A stretch of 64,000 nucleotides of DNA, from the NCBI GenBank assembly GCA_032718475.1, contig JAUCBJ010000203.1, positions 9,669 through 73,668 of the forward strand. Direction: 5' to 3'. Of the stretch, positions 1-15,000 are shown piece after piece. Source of the stretch: Nemertoderma westbladi. Lineage: Eukaryota > Animalia > Xenacoelomorpha. Under the pieces are notes generated by a model. It was not told where the DNA came from. It worked only from the letters and a program-made list of their open reading frames with translations, and ran no database searches. Numbering within the stretch: the stretch's first letter is position 1; every line of letters begins with the position of its first letter. The position numbers were made by a program, and so were the translations under genes.

Positions 1-3000
1 CTGGACTATATTAGTACTACAGTTCTGTACTATATTGGTACTTACAGTTCTGTACTATATTTGGTACTACAGTTCTGTACTATATTGGTACTTACAGTTC
101 TGTACTATATTTGGTACTACAGTTCTGTACTATATGGACTACAGTTCTGTACTAGAGGCCCTATATTGGTACTACAGTTCTGGACTATATTAGTACTACA
201 GTTCTGTACTATATTGGTACTACAGTTCTGGACTATATTGGTACTACAGTTCTGGACTATATTGGTACTACAGTTCTGTACTATATGGACTACAGTTCTG
301 TACTAGAGGCCCTATATTGGTACTACAGTTCTGTACTATATTGGTACTACAGTTCTGTACTATATTGGTACTACAGTTCTGGACTATATTGGTACTACAG
401 TTCTGGACTATATTGGTACTACAGTTCTGGACTATATGGACTACAGTTCTGTACTAGAGGCCCTATATTAGTACTACAGTTCTGTACTATATTAGTACTT
501 ACAGTTCTGGACTATATTGGTACTACAGTTCTGGACTATATTGGTACTTACAGTTCTGTACTATTGGTACTACAGTTCTGGACTATATTGGTACTTACAG
601 TTCTGTACTATATGGACTACAGTTCTGTACTAGAGGCCCTATATTGGTACTACAGTTCAGTACTATATTAGTACTACAGTTCTGTACTATATTGGTACTA
701 CAGTTCTGGACTATATTGGTACTACAGTTCTGGACTATATTGGTACTTACAGTTCTGTACTATATGGACTACAGTTCTGTACTAGAGGCCCTATATTGGT
801 ACTACAGTTCAGTACTATATTGGTACTACAGTTCTGGACTATATTGGTACTACAGTTCTGTACTATATGGACTACAGTTCTGTACTAGAGGCCCTATATT
901 GGTACTACAGTTCAGTACTATATTGGTACTACAGTTCTGGACTATATTGGTACTACAGTTCTGGACTATATTGGTACTACAGTTCTGTACTATATGGACT
1001 ACAGTTCTGTACTAGAGGCCCTATATTGGTACTACAGTTCAGTACTATATTGGTACTACAGTTCAGTACTATATTGGTACTACAGTTCTGGACTATATTG
1101 GTACTACAGTTCTGTACTATATGGACTACAGTTCTGTACTAGAGGCCCTATATTGGTACTACAGTTCAGTACTATATTGGTACTACAGTTCTGGACTATA
1201 TTGGTACTACAGTTCTGGACTATATTGGTACTACAGTTCTGGACTATATTGGTACTACAGTTCTGGACTATATTGGTACTTACAGTTCTGTACTATTGGT
1301 ACTACAGTTCTGGACTATATTGGTACTACAGTTCTGGACTATATTGGTACTTACAGTTCTGTACTATATTGGTACTACAGTTCAGTACTATATTGGTACT
1401 ACAGTTCAGTACTATATTGGTACTACAGTTCTGGACTATATTGGTACTACAGTTCTGGACTATATTGGTACTACAGTTCTGTACTATATGGACTACAGTT
1501 CTGTACTAGAGGCCCTATATTGGTACTACAGTTCAGTACTATATTGGTACTACAGTTCAGTACTATATTGGTACTACAGTTCTGGACTATATTGGTACTA
1601 CAGTTCTGTACTATATGGACTACAGTTCTGTACTAGAGGCCCTATATTGGTACTACAGTTCAGTACTATATTGGTACTACAGTTCTGGACTATATTGGTA
1701 CTACAGTTCTGGACTATATTGGTACTACAGTTCTGGACTATATTGGTACTACAGTTCTGGACTATATTGGTACTTACAGTTCTGTACTATTGGTACTACA
1801 GTTCTGGACTATATTGGTACTACAGTTCTGGACTATATTGGTACTTACAGTTCTGTACTATATTGGTACTACAGTTCAGTACTATATTGGTACTTACAGT
1901 TCTGTACTATATGGACTACAGTTCTGTACTAGAGGCCCTATATTGGTACTTACAGTTCTGTACTATTGGTACTACAGTTCTGTACTATATTAGTACTACA
2001 GTTCTGTACTATATGGACTACAGTTCTGTACTAGAGGCCCTATATTGGTACTACAGTTCAGTACTATATTGGTACTACAGTTCTGGACTATATTGGTACT
2101 ACAGTTCTGGACTATATTGGTACTTACAGTTCTGTACTATTGGTACTACAGTTCTGGACTATATTGGTACTACAGTTCTGGACTATATTGGTACTTACAG
2201 TTCTGTACTATATTGGTACTACAGTTCTGGACTATATTGGTACTACAGTTCTGTACTATATGGACTACAGTTCTGTACTAGAGGCCCTATATTGGTACTA
2301 CAGTTCAGTACTATATTGGTACTACAGTTCTGGACTATATTGGTACTACAGTTCTGGACTATATTGGTACTTACAGTTCTGTACTATTGGTACTACAGTT
2401 CTGGACTATATTGGTACTACAGTTCTGGACTATATTGGTACTTACAGTTCTGTACTATATTGGTACTTACAGTTCTGTACTATTGTTACTACAGTTCTGG
2501 ACTATATTGGTACTACAGTTCTGGACTATATTGGTACTACAGTTCTGGACTATATTGGTACTTACAGTTCTGTACTATTGGTACTACAGTTCTGGACTAT
2601 ATTGGTACTACAGTTCTGGACTATATTGGTACTTACAGTTCTGTACTATATGGACTACAGTTCTGTACTATATGGACTACAGTTCTGTACTAGAGGCCCT
2701 ATATTGGTACTACAGTTCAGTACTATATTGGTACTACAGTTCTGGACTATATTGGTACTACAGTTCTGGACTATATTGGTACTTACAGTTCTGTACTAGA
2801 GGCCCTATATTGGTACTACAGTTCAGTACTATATTGGTACTACAGTTCTGGACTATATTGGTACTACAGTTCAGTACTATATTGGTACTACAGTTCTGGA
2901 CTATATTGGTACTACAGTTCTGGACTATATTGGTACTTACAGTTCTGTACTATTGGTACTACAGTTCTGGACTATATTGGTACTACAGTTCTGGACTATA

Positions 3001-6000
3001 TTGGTACTTACAGTTCTGTACTATTGGTACTACAGTTCTGGACTATATTGGTACTACAGTTCTGTACTATATTGGTACTACAGTTCTGGACTATATTGGT
3101 ACTTACAGTTCTGTACTATTGGTACTACAGTTCTGTACTATATGGACTACAGTTCTGTACTAGAGGCCCTATATTGGTACTACAGTTCAGTACTATATTG
3201 GTACTACAGTTCTGGACTATATTGGTACTACAGTTCTGGACTATATTGGTACTTACAGTTCTGTACTATTGGTACTACAGTTCTGGACTATATTGGTACT
3301 ACAGTTCTGGACTATATTGGTACTTACAGTTCTGTACTATATGGACTACAGTTCTGTACTAGAGGCCCTATATTGGTACTACAGTTCTGTACTATATTGG
3401 TACTACAGTTCTGTACTAGAGGCCCTATATTGGTACTACAGTTCTGGACTAGATTGGTACTACAGTTCTGGACTATATTGGTACTACAGTTCTGGACTAT
3501 ATTGGTACTACAGTTCTGGACTATATTGGTACTTACAGTTCTGTACTATTGGTACTACAGTTCTGGACTATATTGGTACTACAGTTCTGGACTATATTGG
3601 TACTTACAGTTCTGTACTATATGGACTACAGTTCTGTACTAGAGGCCCTATATTGGTACTACAGTTCTGTACTATATTGGTACTACAGTTCTGTACTAGA
3701 GGCCCTATATTGGTACTACAGTTCTGGACTAGATTGGTACTACAGTTCTGGACTATATTGGTACTACAGTTCTGGACTATATTGGTACTACAGTTCCTGA
3801 CTATATTGGTACTACAGTTCTGTACTATTGGTACTACAGTTCTGGACTATATTTGGTACTACAGTTCAGTACTATATTAGTACTTACAGTTCTGTACTAT
3901 ATTGGTACTACAGTTCTGTACTATATTGGTACTACAGTTCTGGACTATATTGGTACTACAGTTCTGGACTATATTGGTACTACAGTTCGGTACTATATTG
4001 GTACTACAGTTCTGTACTAGAGGCCCTATATTGGTACTACAGTTCTGGACTATATTGGTACTACAGTTCTGGACTATATTGGTACTACAGTTCTGGACTA
4101 TATTGGTACTACAGTTCTGTACTATTGGTACTACAGTTCTGGACTATATTGGTACTACAGTTCTGGACTATATTGGTACTACAGTTCTGTACTATATTGG
4201 TACTACAGTTCTGTACTAGAGGCCCTATATTGGTACTACAGTTCTGGACTATATTGGTACTACAGTTCTGGACTATATTGGTACTACAGTTCTGGACTAT
4301 ATTGGTACTACAGTTCTGGACTATATTGGTACTACAGTTCTGGACTATATTGGTACTACAGTTCTGTACTATATGGACTACAGTTCTGGACTATATTGGT
4401 ACTACAGTTCTGGACTATATTGGTACTACAGTTCTGGACTATATTGGTACTACAGTTCTGGACTATATTGGTACTACAGTTCTGTACTATATTGGTACTA
4501 CAGTTCTGTACTAGAGGCCCTATATTGGTACTACAGTTCTGGACTATATTGGTACTACAGTTCTGGACTATATTGGTACTACAGTTCTGGACTATATTGG
4601 TACTACAGTTCTGTACTATTGGTACTACAGTTCTGGACTATATTTGGTACTACAGTTCAGTACTATATTAGTACTACAGTTCTGTACTATATTGGTACTA
4701 CAGTTCTGTACTAGAGGCCCTATATTGGTACTACAGTTCTGGACTATATTGGTACTACAGTTCTGGACTATATTGGTACTACAGTTCTGGACTATATTGG
4801 TACTACAGTTCTGTACTAGAGGCCCTATATTGGTACTACAGTTCTGGACTAGAGGCCCTATATTGGTACTACAGTTCTGGACTATATTGGTACTACAGTT
4901 CTGGACTATATTGGTACTACAGTTCTGTACTATTGGTACTACAGTTCTGGACTATATTTGGTACTACAGTTCAGTACTATATTAGTACTACAGTTCTGTA
5001 CTATATTGGTACTACTGTTCTGTACTATATTAGTACTACAGTTCTGTACTATATGGACTACAGTTCTGTACTAGAGGCCCTATATTGGTACTACAGTTCT
5101 GGACTATATTAGTACTACAGTTCTGTACTATATTGGTACTACAGTTCTGGACTATATTGGTACTACAGTTCTGGACTATATTGGTACTACAGTTCTGTAC
5201 TATATGGACTACAGTTCTGTACTAGAGGCCCTATATTGGTACTACAGTTCTGTACTATATTGGTACTACAGTTCTGTACTATATTGGTACTACAGTTCTG
5301 GACTATATTGGTACTACAGTTCTGGACTATATTGGTACTACAGTTCTGGACTATATGGACTACAGTTCTGTACTAGAGGCCCTATATTAGTACTACAGTT
5401 CTGTACTATATTAGTACTTACAGTTCTGGACTATATTGGTACTACAGTTCTGGACTATATTGGTACTTACAGTTCTGTACTATTGGTACTACAGTTCTGG
5501 ACTATATTGGTACTTACAGTTCTGTACTATATGGACTACAGTTCTGTACTAGAGGCCCTATATTGGTACTACAGTTCAGTTCTATATTAGTACTACAGTT
5601 CTGTACTATATTGGTACTACAGTTCTGGACTATATTGGTACTACAGTTCTGGACTATATTGGTACTTACAGTTCTGTACTATATGGACTACAGTTCTGTA
5701 CTAGAGGCCCTATATTGGTACTACAGTTCAGTACTATATTGGTACTACAGTTCTGGACTATATTGGTACTACAGTTCTGTACTATATGGACTACAGTTCT
5801 GTACTAGAGGCCCTATATTGGTACTACAGTTCAGTACTATATTGGTACTACAGTTCTGGACTATATTGGTACTACAGTTCTGGACTATATTGGTACTACA
5901 GTTCTGTACTATATGGACTACAGTTCTGTACTAGAGGCCCTATATTGGTACTACAGTTCAGTACTATATTGGTACTACAGTTCAGTACTATATTGGTACT

Positions 6001-9000
6001 ACAGTTCTGGACTATATTGGTACTACAGTTCTGTACTATATGGACTACAGTTCTGTACTAGAGGCCCTATATTGGTACTACAGTTCAGTACTATATTGGT
6101 ACTACAGTTCTGGACTATATTGGTACTACAGTTCTGGACTATATTGGTACTACAGTTCTGGACTATATTGGTACTACAGTTCTGGACTATATTGGTACTT
6201 ACAGTTCTGTACTATTGGTACTACAGTTCTGGACTATATTGGTACTACAGTTCTGGACTATATTGGTACTTACAGTTCTGTACTATATTGGTACTACAGT
6301 TCAGTACTATATTGGTACTACAGTTCAGTACTATATTGGTACTACAGTTCTGGACTATATTGGTACTACAGTTCTGGACTATATTGGTACTACAGTTCTG
6401 TACTATATGGACTACAGTTCTGTACTAGAGGCCCTATATTGGTACTACAGTTCAGTACTATATTGGTACTACAGTTCAGTACTATATTGGTACTACAGTT
6501 CTGGACTATATTGGTACTACAGTTCTGTACTATATGGACTACAGTTCTGTACTAGAGGCCCTATATTGGTACTACAGTTCAGTACTATATTGGTACTACA
6601 GTTCTGGACTATATTGGTACTACAGTTCTGGACTATATTGGTACTACAGTTCTGGACTATATTGGTACTACAGTTCTGGACTATATTGGTACTTACAGTT
6701 CTGTACTATTGGTACTACAGTTCTGGACTATATTGGTACTACAGTTCTGGACTATATTGGTACTACAGTTCAGTACTATATTAGTACTACAGTTCTGTAC
6801 TATATGGACTACAGTTCTGTACTAGAGGCCCTATATTGGTACTACAGTTCAGTACTATATTGGTACTACAGTTCTGGACTATATTGGTACTACAGTTCTG
6901 GACTATATTGGTACTACAGTTCTGGACTATATTGGTACTACAGTTCTGGACTATATTGGTACTTACAGTTCTGTACTATTGGTACTACAGTTCTGGACTA
7001 TATTGGTACTTACAGTTCTGTACTATATTGGTACTACAGTTCAGTACTATATTAGTACTACAGTTCTGTACTATATGGACTACAGTTCTGTACTAGAGAC
7101 CCTATATTGGTACTACAGTTCAGTACTATATTGGTACTACAGTTCTGGACTATATTGGTACTACAGTTCTGGACTATATTGGTACTTACAGTTCTGTACT
7201 ATTGGTACTACAGTTCTGGACTATATTGGTACTACAGTTCTGGACTATATTGGTACTTACAGTTCTGTACTATATTGGTACTACAGTTCTGGACTATATT
7301 GGTACTACAGTTCTGTACTATATGGACTACAGTTCTGTACTAGAGGCCCTATATTGGTACTACAGTTCAGTACTATATTGGTACTACAGTTCTGGACTAT
7401 ATTGGTACTACAGTTCTGGACTATATTGGTACTTACAGTTCTGTACTATTGGTACTACAGTTCTGAACTATATTGGTACTACAGTTCTGGACTATATTGG
7501 TACTTACAGTTCTGTACTATATTGGTACTTACAGTTCTGTACTATTGTTACTACAGTTCTGGACTATATTGGTACTACAGTTCTGGACTATATTGGTACT
7601 ACAGTTCTGGACTATATTGGTACTTACAGTTCTGTACTATTGGTACTACAGTTCTGGACTATATTGGTACTACAGTTCTGGACTATATTGGTACTTACAG
7701 TTCTGTACTATATGGACTACAGTTCTGTACTATATGGACTACAGTTCTGTACTAGAGGCCCTATATTGGTACTACAGTTCAGTACTATATTGGTACTACA
7801 GTTCTGGACTATATTGGTACTACAGTTCTGGACTATATTGGTACTTACAGTTCTGTACTAGAGGCCCTATATTGGTACTACAGTTCAGTACTATATTGGT
7901 ACTACAGTTCTGGACTATATTGGTACTACAGTTCAGTACTATATTGGTACTACAGTTCTGGACTATATTGGTACTACAGTTCTGGACTATATTGGTACTT
8001 ACAGTTCTGTACTATTGGTACTACAGTTCTGGACTATATTGGTACTACAGTTCTGTACTATATTGGTACTACAGTTCTGGACTATATTGGTACTTACAGT
8101 TCTGTACTATTGGTACTACAGTTCTGTACTATATGGACTACAGTTCTGTACTAGAGGCCCTATATTGGTACTACAGTTCAGTACTATATTGGTACTACAG
8201 TTCTGGACTATATTGGTACTACAGTTCTGGACTATATTGGTACTTACAGTTCTGTACTATTGGTACTACAGTTCTGGACTATATTGGTACTACAGTTCTG
8301 GACTATATTGGTACTTACAGTTCTGTACTATATGGACTACAGTTCTGTACTAGAGGCCCTATATTGGTACTACAGTTCAGTACTATATTGGTACTACAGT
8401 TCTGTACTATTGGTACTACAGTTCTGGACTATTGGTACTACAGTTCTGTACTATATGGACTACAGTTCTGTACTAGAGGCCCTATATTGGTACTACAGTT
8501 CAGTACTATATTGGTACTACAGTTCTGGACTATATTGGTACTACAGTTCTGGACTATATTGGTACTTACAGTTCTGTACTATATGGACTACAGTTCTGTA
8601 CTAGAGGCCCTATATTGGTACTACAGTTCAGTACTATATTAGTACTACAGTTCTGTACTATATTGGTACTACAGTTCTGGACTATATTGGTACTTACAGT
8701 TCTGGACTATATTGGTACTTACAGTTCTGTACTATTGGTACTACAGTTCTGGACTATATTGGTACTTACAGTTCTGTACTATATGGACTACAGTTCTGGA
8801 CTATATTGGTACTACATTTCTGTACTAGAGGCCCTATATTGGTACTACAGTTCTGTACTATATGGACTACAGTTCAGTACTATATTGGTACTACAGTTCT
8901 GGACTATATTGGTACTACAGTTCTAGACTATATTGGTACTACAGTTCTGTACTATATTGGTACTACAGTTCTGTACTAGAGGCCCTATATTGGTACTACA

Positions 9001-12000
9001 GTTCTGGACTATATTGGTACTACAGTTCTGGACTATATTAGTACTACAGTTCTGTACTATATTGGTACTACAGTTCTGTACTAGAGGCCCTATATTGGTA
9101 CTACAGTTCTGGACTATATTGGTACTACAGTTCTGGACTATATTAGTACTACAGTTCTGTACTATATTGGTACTACAGTTCTGTACTAGAGGCCCTATAT
9201 TGGTACTACAGTTCTGGACTATATTGGTACTACAGTTCTGGACTATATTGGTACTACAGTTCTGGACTATATTTGGTACTACAGTTCAGTACTATTGGTA
9301 CTACAGTTCTGGACTATATTGGTACTACAGTTCTGTACTATATTGGTACTACAGTTCTGTACTATATTGGTACTACAGTTCTGTACTATTGGTACTACAG
9401 TTCTGGACTATATTGGTACTACAGTTCTGTACTATATTGGTACTACAGTTCTGTACTAGAGGCCCTATATTGGTACTACAGTTCTGGACTATATTGGTAC
9501 TACAGTTCTGGACTATATTAGTACTACAGTTCTGTACTATATTGGTACTACAGTTCTGTACTATATTGGTACTACAGTTCTGGACTATATTAGTACTACA
9601 GTTCTGTACTATATTGGTACTACAGTTCTGTACTAGAGGCCCTATATTGGTACTACAGTTCTGGACTATATTGGTACTACAGTTCTGTACTATATTGGTA
9701 CTACAGTTCTGTACTATATTGGTACTACAGTTCTGGACTATATTGGTACTTACAGTTCTGTACTAGAGGCCCTATATTGGTACTTACAGTTCTGGACTAT
9801 ATTGGTACTTACAGTTCTGTACTATATTGGTACTACAGTTCTGTACTAGAGGCCCTATATTGGTACTACAGTTCTGGACTATATTGGTACTACAGTTCTG
9901 GACTATATTGGTACTACAGTTCTGGACTATATTAGTACTACAGTTCTGTACTAGAGGCCCTATATTGGTACTACAGTTCTGGACTATATTGGTACTACAG
10001 TTCTGGACTATATTAGTACTACAGTTCTGTACTATATTGGTACTACAGTTCTGTACTAGAGGCCCTATATTGGTACTACAGTTCTGGACTATATTGGTAC
10101 TACAGTTCTGGACTATATTGGTACTACAGTTCTGGACTATATTTGGTACTACAGTTCAGTACTATTGGTACTACAGTTCTGGACTATATGGACTACAGTT
10201 CTGTACTAGAGGCCCTATATTGGTACTACAGTTCTGTACTATATTGGTACTACAGTTCTGTACTATTGGTACTACAGTTCTGGACTATATTGGTACTACA
10301 GTTCTGGACTATATTGGTACTTACAGTTCTGTACTATATGGACTACAGTTCTGTACTAGAGGCCCTATATTGGTACTACAGTTCTGTACTATATTGGTAC
10401 TACAGTTCTGTACTAGAGGCCCTATATTGGTACTACAGTTCTGGACTAGATTGGTACTACAGTTCTGGACTATATTGGTACTACAGTTCTGGACTATATT
10501 GGTACTACAGTTCCTGACTATATTGGTACTACAGTTCTGTACTATTGGTACTACAGTTCTGGACTATATTTGGTACTACAGTTCAGTACTATATTAGTAC
10601 TTACAGTTCTGTACTATATTGGTACTACAGTTCTGTACTATATTGGTACTACAGTTCTGGACTATATTGGTACTACAGTTCTGGACTATATTGGTACTAC
10701 AGTTCGGTACTATATTGGTACTACAGTTCTGTACTAGAGGCCCTATATTGGTACTACAGTTCTGGACTATATTGGTACTACAGTTCTGGACTATATTGGT
10801 ACTACAGTTCTGGACTATATTGGTACTACAGTTCTGTACTATTGGTACTACAGTTCTGGACTATATTGGTACTACAGTTCTGGACTATATTGGTACTACA
10901 GTTCTGTACTATATTGGTACTACAGTTCTGTACTAGAGGCCCTATATTGGTACTACAGTTCTGGACTATATTGGTACTACAGTTCTGGACTATATTGGTA
11001 CTACAGTTCTGGACTATATTGGTACTACAGTTCTGGACTATATTGGTACTACAGTTCTGGACTATATTGGTACTACAGTTCTGTACTATATGGACTACAG
11101 TTCTGGACTATATTGGTACTACAGTTCTGGACTATATTGGTACTACAGTTCTGGACTATATTGGTACTACAGTTCTGGACTATATTGGTACTACAGTTCT
11201 GTACTATATTGGTACTACAGTTCTGTACTAGAGGCCCTATATTGGTACTACAGTTCTGGACTATATTGGTACTACAGTTCTGGACTATATTGGTACTACA
11301 GTTCTGGACTATATTGGTACTACAGTTCTGTACTATTGGTACTACAGTTCTGGACTATATTTGGTACTACAGTTCAGTACTATATTAGTACTACAGTTCT
11401 GTACTATATTGGTACTACAGTTCTGTACTAGAGGCCCTATATTGGTACTACAGTTCTGGACTATATTGGTACTACAGTTCTGGACTATATTGGTACTACA
11501 GTTCTGGACTATATTGGTACTACAGTTCTGTACTAGAGGCCCTATATTGGTACTACAGTTCTGGACTAGAGGCCCTATATTGGTACTACAGTTCTGGACT
11601 ATATTGGTACTACAGTTCTGGACTATATTGGTACTACAGTTCTGTACTATTGGTACTACAGTTCTGGACTATATTTGGTACTACAGTTCAGTACTATATT
11701 AGTACTACAGTTCTGTACTATATTGGTACTACAGTTCTGTACTATATTAGTACTACAGTTCTGTACTATATGGACTACAGTTCTGTACTAGAGGCCCTAT
11801 ATTGGTACTACAGTTCTGGACTATATTAGTACTACAGTTCTGTACTATATTGGTACTACAGTTCTGGACTATATTGGTACTACAGTTCTGGACTATATTG
11901 GTACTACAGTTCTGTACTATATGGACTACAGTTCTGTACTAGAGGCCCTATATTGGTACTACAGTTCTGTACTATATTGGTACTACAGTTCTGTACTATA

Positions 12001-15000
12001 TTGGTACTACAGTTCTGGACTATATTGGTACTACAGTTCTGGACTATATTGGTACTACAGTTCTGGACTATATGGACTACAGTTCTGTACTAGAGGCCCT
12101 ATATTAGTACTACAGTTCTGTACTATATTAGTACTTACAGTTCTGGACTATATTGGTACTACAGTTCTGGACTATATTGGTACTTACAGTTCTGTACTAT
12201 TGGTACTACAGTTCTGGACTATATTGGTACTTACAGTTCTGTACTATATGGACTACAGTTCTGTACTAGAGGCCCTATATTGGTACTACAGTTCAGTTCT
12301 ATATTAGTACTACAGTTCTGTACTATATTGGTACTACAGTTCTGGACTATATTGGTACTACAGTTCTGGACTATATTGGTACTTACAGTTCTGTACTATA
12401 TGGACTACAGTTCTGTACTAGAGGCCCTATATTGGTACTACAGTTCAGTACTATATTGGTACTACAGTTCTGGACTATATTGGTACTACAGTTCTGTACT
12501 ATATGGACTACAGTTCTGTACTAGAGGCCCTATATTGGTACTACAGTTCAGTACTATATTGGTACTACAGTTCTGGACTATATTGGTACTACAGTTCTGG
12601 ACTATATTGGTACTACAGTTCTGTACTATATGGACTACAGTTCTGTACTAGAGGCCCTATATTGGTACTACAGTTCAGTACTATATTGGTACTACAGTTC
12701 AGTACTATATTGGTACTACAGTTCTGGACTATATTGGTACTACAGTTCTGTACTATATGGACTACAGTTCTGTACTAGAGGCCCTATATTGGTACTACAG
12801 TTCAGTACTATATTGGTACTACAGTTCTGGACTATATTGGTACTACAGTTCTGGACTATATTGGTACTACAGTTCTGGACTATATTGGTACTACAGTTCT
12901 GGACTATATTGGTACTTACAGTTCTGTACTATTGGTACTACAGTTCTGGACTATATTGGTACTACAGTTCTGTACTATATTGGTACTACAGTTCAGTACT
13001 ATATTGGTACTACAGTTCAGTACTATATTGGTACTACAGTTCTGGACTATATTGGTACTACAGTTCTGGACTATATTGGTACTACAGTTCTGTACTATAT
13101 GGACTACAGTTCTGTACTAGAGGCCCTATATTGGTACTACAGTTCAGTACTATATTGGTACTACAGTTCAGTACTATATTGGTACTACAGTTCTGGACTA
13201 TATTGGTACTACAGTTCTGTACTATATGGACTACAGTTCTGTACTAGAGGCCCTATATTGGTACTACAGTTCAGTACTATATTGGTACTACAGTTCTGGA
13301 CTATATTGGTACTACAGTTCTGGACTATATTGGTACTACAGTTCTGGACTATATTGGTACTACAGTTCTGGACTATATTGGTACTTACAGTTCTGTACTA
13401 TTGGTACTACAGTTCTGGACTATATTGGTACTACAGTTCTGGACTATATTGGTACTTACAGTTCTGTACTATATTGGTACTACAGTTCAGTACTATATTA
13501 GTACTACAGTTCTGTACTATATGGACTACAGTTCTGTACTAGAGGCCCTATATTGGTACTACAGTTCAGTACTATATTGGTACTACAGTTCTGGACTATA
13601 TTGGTACTACAGTTCTGGACTATATTGGTACTTACAGTTCTGTACTATTGGTACTACAGTTCTGGACTATATTGGTACTACAGTTCTGGACTATATTGGT
13701 ACTTACAGTTCTGTACTATATTGGTACTACAGTTCTGGACTATATTGGTACTACAGTTCTGTACTATATGGACTACAGTTCTGTACTAGAGGCCCTATAT
13801 TGGTACTACAGTTCAGTACTATATTGGTACTACAGTTCTGGACTATATTGGTACTACAGTTCTGGACTATATTGGTACTTACAGTTCTGTACTATTGGTA
13901 CTACAGTTCTGAACTATATTGGTACTACAGTTCTGGACTATATTGGTACTTACAGTTCTGTACTATATTGGTACTTACAGTTCTGTACTATTGTTACTAC
14001 AGTTCTGGACTATATTGGTACTACAGTTCTGGACTATATTGGTACTACAGTTCTGGACTATATTGGTACTTACAGTTCTGTACTATTGGTACTACAGTTC
14101 TGGACTATATTGGTACTACAGTTCTGGACTATATTGGTACTTACAGTTCTGTACTATATGGACTACAGTTCTGTACTATATGGACTACAGTTCTGTACTA
14201 GAGGCCCTATATTGGTACTACAGTTCAGTACTATATTGGTACTACAGTTCTGGACTATATTGGTACTACAGTTCTGGACTATATTGGTACTTACAGTTCT
14301 GTACTAGAGGCCCTATATTGGTACTACAGTTCAGTACTATATTGGTAGTACAGTTCTGGACTATATTGGTACTACAGTTCAGTACTATATTGGTACTACA
14401 GTTCTGGACTATATTGGTACTACAGTTCTGGACTATATTGGTACTTACAGTTCTGTACTATTGGTACTACAGTTCTGGACTATATTGGTACTACAGTTCT
14501 GTACTATATTGGTACTACAGTTCTGGACTATATTGGTACTTACAGTTCTGTACTATTGGTACTACAGTTCTGTACTATATGGACTACAGTTCTGTACTAG
14601 AGGCCCTATATTGGTACTACAGTTCAGTACTATATTGGTACTACAGTTCTGGACTATATTGGTACTACAGTTCTGGACTATATTGGTACTTACAGTTCTG
14701 TACTATTGGTACTACAGTTCTGGACTATATTGGTACTACAGTTCTGGACTATATTGGTACTTACAGTTCTGTACTATATGGACTACAGTTCTGTACTAGA
14801 GGCCCTATATTGGTACTACAGTTCAGTACTATATTGGTACTACAGTTCTGTACTATTGGTACTACAGTTCTGGACTATTGGTACTACAGTTCTGTACTAT
14901 ATGGACTACAGTTCTGTACTAGAGGCCCTATATTGGTACTACAGTTCAGTACTATATTGGTACTACAGTTCTGGACTATATTGGTACTACAGTTCTGGAC